Shown here: positions 1-9,270 of the stretch, piece after piece
Numbering within the stretch: position 1 is the stretch's first letter
How the letters are laid out: every line of letters begins with the position of its first letter
Assembly: GCA_027451365.1 (NCBI GenBank)
Contig: DAIDJN010000005.1
Span: 9,381-73,380 of the forward strand
Reading direction: 5' to 3'
DNA: 64,000 nucleotides
Source: Phycisphaerales bacterium
GTDB taxonomy: Bacteria; Planctomycetota; Phycisphaerae; WQYP01
Notes under the pieces: model-generated
Told to the model about the DNA's origin: nothing
Databases searched by the model: none
Seen by the model: only the letters and a program-made list of their open reading frames with translations
Made by a program: the position numbers and the translations under genes

Positions 1-124
1 GAAGACCCAAAAATAATAACTGCCACAAGAAAACCTAGTGCTTTGTCAACGCAAAATATTAGGATATGGCAGTAGCCCGCACGGTAGCGGGTGAGTTTGT
101 AGGTAATAGAGCAAGGACGCTCAT

Positions 125-568
125 ATGCAAAAGAAATATATCGTGCGGTTGTCGGATGAGGAACGTCGCGAGTTGTCAGAGGTGGTTCGCAAGTTCAAAG
201 GGACGAATGAAAAGGTGCGGCGTGCCCAGATTCTTCTGAAAGCTGACGCGGATGGGCCTTGTTGGACAGATCGGAAAATCGCCGAGGCCTTCGGCTGTCG
301 CACCAAGACAGTGGAGAATGTTCGGGAACATTTGGTGGAGCGGGGTTTCAAGCAGACACTTAACGGTGTCAAGCGGGCGACCAGTCCGACACCGAAGTTG
401 CTTAATGGTCAGCGGGAAGCGCAGATTATAGCGGCCCGTCTGGGGCCACCGCCTCCCGGATATGCCAACTGGACCCTGCGTTTACTGGCCCGCCGCGTGG
501 TGGAATTAGAGATCGTGGAAACCATCAGCCACGAGACGGTGCGTCAGACATTAAAAAAAATGGCATGA
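125..568 (+). CDS. IS630 transposase, N-terminal HTH part (OrfA)
   Basis: Motifs KKYIVRLSDEER, RRAQILLKAD, WTDRKIAEA, WTLRLLA and ISHETVRQTLKK are typical of IS630 HTH domains. Confidence 0.93.
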   Translation: MQKKYIVRLSDEERRELSEVVRKFKGTNEKVRRAQILLKADADGPCWTDRKIAEAFGCRTKTVENVREHLVERGFKQTLNGVKRATSPTPKLLNGQREAQIIAARLGPPPPGYANWTLRLLARRVVELEIVETISHETVRQTLKKMA

Positions 569-1260
569 CGAATCGGAAGATCGAATATTGGGTCATTCCT
601 CCGGAGGCCGATGCTGAGTTTACCGCCAGCATGGAGGAAGTGCTCGCCACCTACGCCCAACCGTATGACGCGGCCAAGCCGGTCTTATGTATGGATGAAC
701 AGCCGGTGCAACTTTTGAAGGAGACCCGCCAGCCGATTCCGGCAACCCGGACGCATGCGCGTCGGGTTGATTATGAGTACGAGCGGGCCGGCACCGGCAC
801 GATCTTCATGTTTACCGAGCCGCTGGCGGGCTGGCGAGAAGTCCAGGTTCGGGCCACCAAGACCAAGGCTGATTGGGCCCAGGAGATGGCGCGGTTATTG
901 GAGGGGCGGTATGCCGATTGTCCGCGTGTGGTGCTGGTATGCGACAACCTCAATACGCATACCAAGGGCGCTTTTTACGAGGTATTCGATCCTGAGCGTG
1001 CCCGGCAACTGGTAAGCCGTTTGGAGTTTCGACATACCCCCAAGCACGGTAGTTGGCTGAATATCGCGGAAAATGAACTCAGTTCTCTGACACGACAATG
1101 TGTTGCCGGAAGGCGGTTCGGTGACCTTGAGACACTACGCCACGAAACGGCTGCGTGGTCGTCCGATGTCAATGCAAAACAAAAAGGCGTCCAATGGCAC
1201 ATGCAGATAGCAGACGCCCGCAGAAAACTCATCAGCGTTTACCCTAAAATTATGACGTGA
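565..1260 (+). CDS. IS630 transposase, DDE catalytic part (OrfB; probably fused to OrfA by -1 frameshift)
   Basis: VLCMDE, DYEYERAG, VCDNLNTH and TPKHGSWLNIAENE DDE_3 motifs. The ORF is in the -1 frame after the A8 run at 553-560. Confidence 0.93.
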   Translation: MTNRKIEYWVIPPEADAEFTASMEEVLATYAQPYDAAKPVLCMDEQPVQLLKETRQPIPATRTHARRVDYEYERAGTGTIFMFTEPLAGWREVQVRATKTKADWAQEMARLLEGRYADCPRVVLVCDNLNTHTKGAFYEVFDPERARQLVSRLEFRHTPKHGSWLNIAENELSSLTRQCVAGRRFGDLETLRHETAAWSSDVNAKQKGVQWHMQIADARRKLISVYPKIMT

Positions 1261-1410
1261 CAAAGCACTAGCCCCTGCCAGATGATAAATAATGGCGACA
1301 TGCGATGTTTTCTCCATAAAGTCCGACCTGCTGAATTTGGCGTATGCTGCGAAAATCAGCCCAACGGCATAATAGCGATAGCCCGAAAGATTGAATCCGA
1401 CGGCCACGCG

Positions 1411-1653
1411 TCAATTGAACCGGTCTTGCCTTCTGACCGAGCCAAATGATTTACAATGCCTGCACCAGCGTCCGCGGCCAAGTGTGGCCCAGGTAATCAG
1501 GTAAACACCGGTCGGCAGAAGGATGATAGCCAAAAGCCAACACCACGGGTAAAAAGGCGCCAATCCGACAATCGCAGCCACTAGCAACCCTGATATCAAG
1601 AGCCGGCCGCGGGGTTTGAGAATTAAATCTCCGCCACAGATTTTGCATTGCAT
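1411..1653 (-). CDS. Small membrane protein with split CxxC...CxxC zinc ribbon (LITAF-like architecture)
   Basis: MQCKICG, two hydrophobic segments, then WCRHCK. Confidence 0.7.
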   Translation of the reverse strand: MQCKICGGDLILKPRGRLLISGLLVAAIVGLAPFYPWCWLLAIILLPTGVYLITWATLGRGRWCRHCKSFGSVRRQDRFN

Positions 1654-1815
1654 AACAACCTATCCCAAAAGCAGCAGAGGAACTGTCAACTCATGTAGAT
1701 TAAACATGGCTACTGTATATGTCAATTTTCGCAGACGGCGGGGCATTGCAAGGGGTGGCATTTTTCGTGGCGAACTCAATTCATTGGTTTAACAATCAGT
1801 GGCGGGCACATAGCA

Positions 1816-2188
1816 CCTGGAACGGTTATTGGGGCAGCCCCAAATTTCTGTGGCGCGGCTGTGCGGAAAATGCGAACCGTTTTCAGGCATAGTTGGGGGC
1901 GGACCGGGGGGGTGGCGGGACACAAGCCGCTCATACTGTAGCGGCCAGACAGTCGCGGTTAATTCCCGGCAGGCGGACTTCTGGCCTGAAGGAATGTAGC
2001 GGTCGCGGGCCCCTGATGCCCCGGACCGCTTCCACGAAACCTCCGGTGTAAATCGCAAAGACGTGGCTAAACCCAACGGTCATGGCGCATAAATTCGCAG
2101 CGGCGGTCGAAAATATAAACTGTTTTGCCGAAGCGATGGAGATGTACCGCACTGAAAAGCCGTTTAAATTCCGGCGGCGGCAAAATAG
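1816..2188 (+). ncRNA. Candidate structured non-coding RNA (element A), family unknown
   Basis: Dense stems: 1816-1827/1875-1887, 1926-1931/1940-1945, 1958-1966/1991-2000, 1998-2004/2024-2030, 2032-2036/2062-2066, 1892-1897/2072-2077, 2120-2130/2178-2188. G-U pairs favour the + strand. Shares a loop motif with element B. Confidence 0.4.
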
Positions 2189-2275
2189 AATTGTTCTTGG
2201 AAGCGAAGCGCCCGGTTATCATAATGGACGTTCCGCCGTACTGGAACAGACAGGATTGCAAAAGGACCCGACTGC

Positions 2276-3616
2276 ATGACCAAGTTACGAATATCGCCTG
2301 ACGAATCACATGAATCCCGTTTTGCGCAAAGGAAATGGACAGGAAATGTGTCGGCATTCTGGCAGATATTGCGAGGCCGGATGGCCGACGATCGCATTAC
2401 CCAGCGAGCGGCGGCGCTGACCTACAACACACTTTTCAGCCTGCTACCGACGCTGGTTCTGGCGCTGGTGATTATGTCGCTGGTGCTTTCCGGAAAGCAG
2501 ATTCAGCAGGAAGAAACGCAATTAATCAGTCGGCTCGGATTAAATCAGATGCAGACGCGGGGCGCAAGTTCGACGCAACCATCGCTGTTTGTCAATACGA
2601 TCATCAACCAGATTCAGACCATGCGTTCGGTACTCAAAAGCCCGACGACGGGCATTGTCGGCTTTATTACCCTGCTATGGGGAGCGATCAGCCTGATGCT
2701 GGTCATTGAAGCCGCCTTTAATGATATTTATCGTGTCACGACCAAACGGCCGTGGGTACGCAAATTTGTTCTGTACTGGTCTGTTTTATCATTAGGTCCC
2801 CTGGCGGCGGTATTTTCGCTTTTTCTGTCGGCCAAACTCTTCTCGGTGGCCGAGTCATTAAAGGCGGTAAGCATCGTGTTTACGCCAATCAGCATTCTGG
2901 TCAGCTACGCGGGTGACTGGGTTCTGTTTCTGGTCTTTTATAAACTTATCCCCAATACGAACGTTAAATTCCGGGCGGCGGCGACGGGGGCTTTGGCCGC
3001 CACACTTTTGTGGGAAGTTGGAAAATATGGTTTTGGCCTGTATGTGAAAGACTTGGCAGGCTACGGCAAATGGTACGGCAACCTTGGCCTGATACCGTTG
3101 TTCATGTTCTGGATATATATTACTTGGAATTTCGTACTAATGGGGCTGGAAGTGGCGTTTATCACGCAATATTTTGGCATATTGCGACGCCGCTATGTGC
3201 TGGGTCGCGGATTTCATATGCCCCTGATTGACGCCCGCTGGGTCCTGCCACTGGGAGTGCTGCTGGTGCAGCATTTTAAGAACGGTGAAAAGATTTCAGC
3301 CGACAAGGCGGCTGGCGAATTGGGCATTCCGCTGGAAGCAACCACTCACTTGCTGGGCGCATTGGCCAAAGTCGGCCTTGTTCACACTTTAGACGGCCTG
3401 CCCCCGCAATTTGTACTGGCTAAAGCGCCGGAAGACATCTCGGTGGAAGACCTGCTAAAAGCCGCCAGCGAACGCTGCCAGCTGGTGTCTGATTCCGCGC
3501 ATGCGGCTTCCACCGGTGATCCGCTTCTTCGCACGACGAAACTTGTTGAGATGCATACCACGGAAAACGACTGGCACAAGCGGCACACGCTGGCCAATCT
3601 TGCCGCGGGTGAGTAA
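2276..3616 (+). CDS. YihY/virulence factor BrkB family membrane protein with C-terminal HTH
   Basis: RAAALTYNTLFSLLP, IEAAFNDIY and YGNLGLIPLFMFWIYITWNFVLMGLEV motifs; Rrf2-like tail LAKAPEDISVEDLL. Confidence 0.9.
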   Translation: MTKLRISPDESHESRFAQRKWTGNVSAFWQILRGRMADDRITQRAAALTYNTLFSLLPTLVLALVIMSLVLSGKQIQQEETQLISRLGLNQMQTRGASSTQPSLFVNTIINQIQTMRSVLKSPTTGIVGFITLLWGAISLMLVIEAAFNDIYRVTTKRPWVRKFVLYWSVLSLGPLAAVFSLFLSAKLFSVAESLKAVSIVFTPISILVSYAGDWVLFLVFYKLIPNTNVKFRAAATGALAATLLWEVGKYGFGLYVKDLAGYGKWYGNLGLIPLFMFWIYITWNFVLMGLEVAFITQYFGILRRRYVLGRGFHMPLIDARWVLPLGVLLVQHFKNGEKISADKAAGELGIPLEATTHLLGALAKVGLVHTLDGLPPQFVLAKAPEDISVEDLLKAASERCQLVSDSAHAASTGDPLLRTTKLVEMHTTENDWHKRHTLANLAAGE

Positions 3617-3746
3617 TGACTAAAGGTGTGATCACCCGCGCCACGACAAGCCGCGACAGGACTCTGACAGAGATGGCGATCCAGGGCGTAAACCTCCAGT
3701 GTTTTTTTGACTGGATGTGATTCTTTGAAAGCGCAGGAGCAACGGT

Positions 3747-4331
3747 ATGGCGAAAACCGATAAGTCGAGTTCTGAACCAGGGTTCTCCCTGGGCGGATAT
3801 CTGCTGATTGCCACACCCGCGCTGCTGGATCCGAACTTTTACCGGGCCGTCATACTGCTTATTCAACACGACCAGCAGGGTGCGATGGGCGTGATTCTTA
3901 ACCGGCCGCTCAATAAGACCATTGGCGAAGCATGGCTGCAGGTAAGCGACACAGTGCTGACAAATGCCCAGCCGCTCCATGAAGGCGGCCCCTGTCCGGG
4001 TCCGCTTCTTGCGCTGCACAAAATGAAACCCCACACCGATATGGAAGTCGCGAAAGGTATTTATGCGGCCATTTCCAGCGAATCGGTTACAGCGCTTGTT
4101 GAGGGCAACGTTGCGCCGGTTAAGTTCATATTTGGAAATGCGGGCTGGTCGCCGGGACAATTGGAAGTTGAGATCCGCGAAGGCTCGTGGCTGCTTTTAC
4201 CGGGCCGACCGGATACGGTATTTGGTCCCACCGAAGGATTGTGGCTGCGCCTGACGCGCGAGGCCTCCCGCCGGGCGGCAGCACCGTCTATTCCAGATCA
4301 TATTGTACCCACCGACCCGCACATGAATTGA
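3747..4331 (+). CDS. YqgE/AlgH family protein (DUF179)
   Basis: LLIATPALLDPNFYRAVIL, GAMGVILNRP, GGP and GNAGWSPGQLEVEIREGSW. Confidence 0.93.
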   Translation: MAKTDKSSSEPGFSLGGYLLIATPALLDPNFYRAVILLIQHDQQGAMGVILNRPLNKTIGEAWLQVSDTVLTNAQPLHEGGPCPGPLLALHKMKPHTDMEVAKGIYAAISSESVTALVEGNVAPVKFIFGNAGWSPGQLEVEIREGSWLLLPGRPDTVFGPTEGLWLRLTREASRRAAAPSIPDHIVPTDPHMN

Positions 4332-4543
4332 CCCTACGCATCACGGCGCACATGTTCAACCCATGTTGCTGTCAGATTCTGTTGGCCAATCGGCGAACAT
4401 CCGCCACGGCGCAAACATGCGGCATTTATGGAAACAACATATCATAAAATATGTAGTTATGTCTATAGTTTTAATCTACCTTATCCTGCAGGTGAATGCG
4501 TGGCCACCAGAATTCTTTGCGTCATTTCCTGCCTTTATGTCAT

Positions 4544-5059
4544 TCAGAACGCGGTTGGCTGAATCATTTCCCGGTAGGTGACCTGGTAGCCAACGCTGGC
4601 AAACAGCGCTTGCGCCGCGGGATTGCGATCCGCGGCAATCAGCCGCACTTGCGAGACGCCCTGGCGACCGGCCCAATGACGGGCTTCGTTGAGCAACGCC
4701 GCGGCGATGCCTCTCCGCCGAAATTCCGGCAAGACCGCAATTTCATGAATAAAGGCGTAACGCTGACAGACGTAAATCGGAATCTCATTCATCAGATTGG
4801 CCACCAGCGTTCCGGCAAACAGGGCATCAGATCCGTCAGTTTGGGGCACATGTGCACACAAAACCAGCCATTGCGGATCGCTTATGACGCGGCTCAACCA
4901 TTGCGGATATTTTTCTGAAACGTCCGACCGCAGACTCCATCGCAAAGGCGAATATTCTTCATGCTGTCTTTCTACACGCAGGCAGAGGTCAGAAACATTC
5001 AGCACATCGGCCGCAGTCGCGGGCGAAATAAGAACCGGTTTAGGAGTCGTATCAGCCAT
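4544..5059 (-). CDS. GNAT family N-acetyltransferase
   Basis: Motif A IAVLPEFRRRGIAAALL; NPAAQALFASVGY. Confidence 0.88.
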   Translation of the reverse strand: MADTTPKPVLISPATAADVLNVSDLCLRVERQHEEYSPLRWSLRSDVSEKYPQWLSRVISDPQWLVLCAHVPQTDGSDALFAGTLVANLMNEIPIYVCQRYAFIHEIAVLPEFRRRGIAAALLNEARHWAGRQGVSQVRLIAADRNPAAQALFASVGYQVTYREMIQPTAF

Positions 5060-5135
5060 GCGTAAATTATACCCGCGCGCCGTCTGCGGGCCAGGCCGCC
5101 CATCGTGCGCGTACGCAACCAGTTTGGCTTGGCCA

Positions 5136-7469
5136 TTATTTCGATGCCGGTGCGTGCACGCAGGCGTAAAGCAGAATATTTTCCGCCAGTTTCTGCGACC
5201 AGCGCGGTGTTAAACCGGAAATTCCCCAGCAGTTTGTGCCAAGGAGGCCGGAAGTGACATCCGACCGCGACACCACCACCGCCCAGCGGTGATCGAGCCT
5301 AATCCCGAAAAGGCGCGGCTTGGTCCGCGAGTGATGGCGGGTTTCATTGTAAAACTTTCGATAGGCAACATGTCGAAGGTTGTTGCCAGACAGTGGCCCG
5401 GCAAATTTTCCGGTAATGATGGCGGCGTTCGCCGGCACACGACGCAACGGCCGTTCGGGATACATTTTCGCAAGCAAGGTCTGAACCGCCGCGGTAAACA
5501 CCGAGGAACCACCCGCCGAATCAATAAACAGCATTCCACCATGGTCGAGATAATTTTTAACTGAATCCATATCCGCTGAAGTCGGCATCCAGGCGGCGGT
5601 CCCGGTCAGGTGCAGCAGAGGAACGGCCTTTCCGTTGGCGGAGATACAGGAAATATTTTTCACCTTCACCGCCAGGCCGAAATGCAATGCGGCCAGCCTC
5701 GCCAGGCGCGGCCACGCGCCTGGCTCTGGATTCCAGTTGCCTTTGTACTTAACCAGGCCCAAAGTGATCGATTTTGTCGGCGGCGAAGCCGGAGCCGGCA
5801 CATGCAGGGTTTGCAGGCGATCGGGCAGAAAGCTTTTGCCGGTTGCGTATAGATAAAGATTTTCCGCCAATTGCCAGTCGACCGTGCGCGAGTATTGCCG
5901 GCGCTGCCAGATTCCTCCAATATCCACCGGACTGACGATCCAGGTATCTCGCACGCCGTTGGAAAGTCCGAAAAGCGGTGTGTAAACATGCAGCCACGGG
6001 CGAACGGTATAAATCAGGCTTTTTCTGGATAGCTTATGGAATTCGTAATTGCCTCCCTGAACCTGCTGCGCGATTTTCATAATGCCATTGCGAAAACCGA
6101 TTGAGCCTCGCACCGGTGAACAAAACACCATACCGCCCGCGTTGACGAACTTGCGCAACCGGGCAATTTGCCCGCTGGAAAATTGCGGAGCACGGAAGCC
6201 GGACATATACAAAACCGGCGCATTGAGCCAACGGCGAGCGGGCGTGTGGATATTTACCACCTGCCAGTTGAGCGGCGTTTCAAACGTGCTTCCCATCCAG
6301 GAACAGACATTGGCAAGATCACGCGGATGTGCATTCCAGCGGCCAAAATAATGGTGCGTATACTCCAGCTTGTTCATGAACACCGGATTTAACCCGCGAT
6401 CCAGAACCAGCAAAGCATAGGCGGTGCTGGCGATTGGTGAAACATCCCAGAAACAGCCGGGCCAGCTTCCATCCGGCTGCTGCATGTTGACAAGGGTGCG
6501 CGCATAGTCGCGGTACCAGTCGTGCGTACCAAAGGTGGCCAGACCGCTGGCCAGTCCGGTACGCACCACCCCGTACATTGCGTACGTGTTGTTCTGATTT
6601 GGATCAAAATTCCGGTTAAGCCAATGCAGCCCTAGCGCAACCGCCGGGTCGCGAACCGGTCGAACGCTTGAACTGTTGGCATTCAGAAACTCATCGCTGA
6701 TAAACAGACTGGCCAGGCCGGCCGGCGTGAAAATCTGGCCACGGGTCGTTGAACGTGCCGGCCGGCCAACAAATCCCCAGTAGCCCCAGTCGCCACTCTG
6801 GTGCTGCGCCAACATCCAATGCTGCCGCGCGATGCGCCAATAGCGGCGCGGAATCTCAAGGCCGTGGTGGGCACACGCCCAGACCCCAAGATTGCCATAT
6901 TGCGTGTTCGAACTGTCCCAATTTCCCGGGCTTGTTGGAAATTTCTGTGTGCGGCCAGGATAGATCGCATAAGAATAGCCCCCATCCAAATGCATACTGT
7001 GCAGCAGAAAGCGGGCATCGTAAGCGAAGGCAGCGTTGGTATTCCAAATTCGCTTTTTGGGTAAAAGCGCCAATGCATTTGCCTGGAACGATGCAACATA
7101 AGTGGCGTGGGGGCGGAGTTTTATTACAAACGGAATCGCACCCTTAAGCGGATCATCGAAAAGATTCACACTTTTAAGATGCAATGACTGCTGAACATAA
7201 AGAAGGGATTCAAGCACCAGCGCGGTCTGCCCACCATACACACTGGCAGACGGCCCGCCACCGATGCCGGCTCGCTGCCCGCGTTCCCAGAACAGATGTT
7301 TTCGCGACTTGGTTAAAAGAAAATGTACACCTTTCCGGATCGCCCCAATAACCTCTAACGATGAAACACCCTGCGCCCCGGCGGGAGTAACCTGAAAACC
7401 CAATCCCAAAAGTCCGGCGAGCATCAGGAAAAGAACCGAATGCGGAGATTTTAGCGAACGGTGCTTCAT
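5136..7469 (-). CDS. Exported protein: prenyltransferase/squalene-oxidase-repeat domain plus two DUF4159-like domains
   Basis: Signal peptide; QW-like repeats QHQSGDWGY and QQPDGSW; DSSNTQY; two DUF4159-like blocks (PVLYMSG...LRKFVNAGG and PLLHLTG...NYLDHGGMLFIDSAGG). Confidence 0.75.
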   Translation of the reverse strand: MKHRSLKSPHSVLFLMLAGLLGLGFQVTPAGAQGVSSLEVIGAIRKGVHFLLTKSRKHLFWERGQRAGIGGGPSASVYGGQTALVLESLLYVQQSLHLKSVNLFDDPLKGAIPFVIKLRPHATYVASFQANALALLPKKRIWNTNAAFAYDARFLLHSMHLDGGYSYAIYPGRTQKFPTSPGNWDSSNTQYGNLGVWACAHHGLEIPRRYWRIARQHWMLAQHQSGDWGYWGFVGRPARSTTRGQIFTPAGLASLFISDEFLNANSSSVRPVRDPAVALGLHWLNRNFDPNQNNTYAMYGVVRTGLASGLATFGTHDWYRDYARTLVNMQQPDGSWPGCFWDVSPIASTAYALLVLDRGLNPVFMNKLEYTHHYFGRWNAHPRDLANVCSWMGSTFETPLNWQVVNIHTPARRWLNAPVLYMSGFRAPQFSSGQIARLRKFVNAGGMVFCSPVRGSIGFRNGIMKIAQQVQGGNYEFHKLSRKSLIYTVRPWLHVYTPLFGLSNGVRDTWIVSPVDIGGIWQRRQYSRTVDWQLAENLYLYATGKSFLPDRLQTLHVPAPASPPTKSITLGLVKYKGNWNPEPGAWPRLARLAALHFGLAVKVKNISCISANGKAVPLLHLTGTAAWMPTSADMDSVKNYLDHGGMLFIDSAGGSSVFTAAVQTLLAKMYPERPLRRVPANAAIITGKFAGPLSGNNLRHVAYRKFYNETRHHSRTKPRLFGIRLDHRWAVVVSRSDVTSGLLGTNCWGISGLTPRWSQKLAENILLYACVHAPASK

Positions 7470-7967
7470 CGGCTTGACTCCGTAAATACTGACAATCCAT
7501 ATTATTTAGCCGCAGGCAAAGTGTGCGGAAAACGATCAGCCCAGAGGATTCACCGAATAAGGGATATTTCATCGAAAAGTGACACAACAGCCGAGCGCAA
7601 GAAAGATTCCTCCGCCGGTGGAACCGCCAAACCCAAGTTATGCAACTGTTTCATGTTTTGTATCATATCCATGCGTACACCGCGAGTCAAGCGATTTTAC
7701 GCATCAGTACCGCGATTGCTCAGGCCTTGGGACCAACCTTGGCCGCCGCACCGCGGATACATCCACCGGGCCCGATTTTCTCGGACATTATCCATTTATT
7801 GGAATACAACCACTCTTGTGATTTTTTTCAGGATCTATCCATTGCTTCACCACCACATTCGGGTTTCGATATGAGAAGTTATCCCTCGTGAGAAAGTTTG
7901 GCAAATACCCCAGACCATTTTACTGATGCCCCTTTTCTAAATTGCGGTTTTCTAATATCTTCTGGCC

Positions 7968-8780
7968 ATGGCTATCGCCGTGTCGGCATGTATTATTTGC
8001 AAGAATGAGGCGGACAAAATCCGCGTCTGTCTGGATTCATTGAACTGGTGCGCGGATATTGTCGTGGTTGATTCCGGTTCGACCGATGCGACAGTTTTGA
8101 TCGCCCGGCAGCACGCCACCAGGCCGCGGGTAATTCACCATGACTGGCAGGGCTATAGCCGCCAGCGGGAATTTGCCGTTCAGGCCTGCGCAAATCCGTG
8201 GGTTCTGGCATTGGATGCCGACGAAGAATGTTCACCCAAACTGGCTCGTGATATACAGAATATATCCGAGGCGGCGGCTGCCCAAATTGCCATATTTGAA
8301 ATGCCGCGAAAAAATTACCTCGCGGGCAGGTTTGTGCGATGTTGGTCACCGGATTATCAATCGCGACTGATACATCGAGATCGCGTGGAATGGGACATCA
8401 GTGCTCTGCCGGAAAAACGCCAGCCACGGCCCGAGTTTATCTCCACCAAATTGGGCGGAGCAATTCTGCACAACCGCCTGACACCCTATCGGAATACTGA
8501 TTTTAATGACGGACCCGTAATGGCCGAGCGTGCCGCCCTGCTGGCCACTCAAATGGCCGCGTGCGGCAAACGTGCCACACTTTTTAATATGCTTACACGG
8601 CCATTGTTTACTTTTCTGAAATACTATGTGCTGCGCGGCGGGTTCTTGCAGGGACGCTTCGGTCTTGCAATTGCCTATAAAACAACCGTAGGCGTGGTGC
8701 TAAAATATAGTCTGCTGTACGCACGGCAGAATCTGGCTTCGGAAACCGACCGCAGCCCAGCCAACCCATCCGAAAAATAG
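7968..8780 (+). CDS. Glycosyltransferase family 2 (KdtX/LgtF-like)
   Basis: SACIICKNEADKI, VVVDSGSTDAT, LDADE and FLKYYVLRGGFLQG. Confidence 0.92.
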   Translation: MAIAVSACIICKNEADKIRVCLDSLNWCADIVVVDSGSTDATVLIARQHATRPRVIHHDWQGYSRQREFAVQACANPWVLALDADEECSPKLARDIQNISEAAAAQIAIFEMPRKNYLAGRFVRCWSPDYQSRLIHRDRVEWDISALPEKRQPRPEFISTKLGGAILHNRLTPYRNTDFNDGPVMAERAALLATQMAACGKRATLFNMLTRPLFTFLKYYVLRGGFLQGRFGLAIAYKTTVGVVLKYSLLYARQNLASETDRSPANPSEK

Positions 8781-9270
8781 TCGCAAAATAGCGCGCTGGC
8801 ACAAATCGGGAAGTCGCGTCTGGCCTAACGAGCAAGGCAGGTGCATTAGTGTCAGACAGCCCTGCCCCCATGAAAAACCATCAGACGATAAGCCGCAGCA
8901 GTTGTCGCTGGGCGATGTGCGTGCTATTCTCAAAGTGGAAAATGTGACGTTATTCACATTTAAGAACATAAATGCCCTTTATGGCCATCCGGACGGGTTG
9001 CAACATCGAACTTATTGTCCGGTGAATCGCCAATCCGACGGCATGGCAAAACAAGGGCATATAATTGTTTGCGTTTCAAGCCCTATATGACCGAAACTCA
9101 TAAAGGGGCGGCGAAACGAGGTACCAGTTGGGCAAGCGCGGTTTTGTCGCTGGCGCGGCTGAAAGCGTCCAAAGGATTTGGACAACAGAAATTGCAGTTG
9201 TTGCAGTCCATAAAAAAAATGACCAACCGACGGCATCGCCGCATGATGGACACAAGGAAACGAACCAACC

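Larger units (their letters stand above)
38..1268 (+). mobile_element. Complete IS630-family insertion sequence
   Basis: Imperfect terminal inverted repeats: left GTGCTTTGTCAACGCAAAATATTAGG (38-63) vs reverse complement of the right end GTGCTTTGTCACGTCATAATTTTAGG (21/26 identical, first 11 perfect). TA duplication at 36-37 and 1269-1270 (CTAG context on both sides). Two-ORF IS630 transposase inside. Confidence 0.95.
1..1301 (-). pseudogene. Small membrane protein gene interrupted by IS630 (continues beyond the window start)
   Basis: Removing the IS and one TA joins 1301-1269 to 35-1 in frame: MSPLFIIWQGLGFLVAVIIFGS... (hydrophobic N-terminus). A GGAG RBS lies upstream of the ATG at 1301. Confidence 0.75.

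Noticed and set aside
1135..1407. ORF-track 90-aa ORF
   Set aside because: It runs antisense into the IS end; a better frame starts at 1301.
1302..1670. Integron-cassette hints: GTTATGC at the start of the LITAF-like gene and GTTGGGC before the next gene (- strand)
   Set aside because: No matching RYYYAAC inverse core, no attC-like palindrome and no integrase in the window.
1975..2005. SRP-like GAAGGAA and cobalamin-like GCCAGAAG...CCTGCC words in element A
   Set aside because: The remaining conserved SRP domain IV and B12-box elements are absent.
7470..7967. Long intergenic gap with short ORFs
   Set aside because: No RBS-supported or recognisable ORF and no clear RNA motif.
7612..9032. 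Weaker look-alikes of the A/B loop motif (CCGGTGGAACCGCCAA near 7615; TCCGGTGAATCGCCAA near 9018)
   Set aside because: No enclosing stem or GUGGCYRAA junction; compatible with chance.
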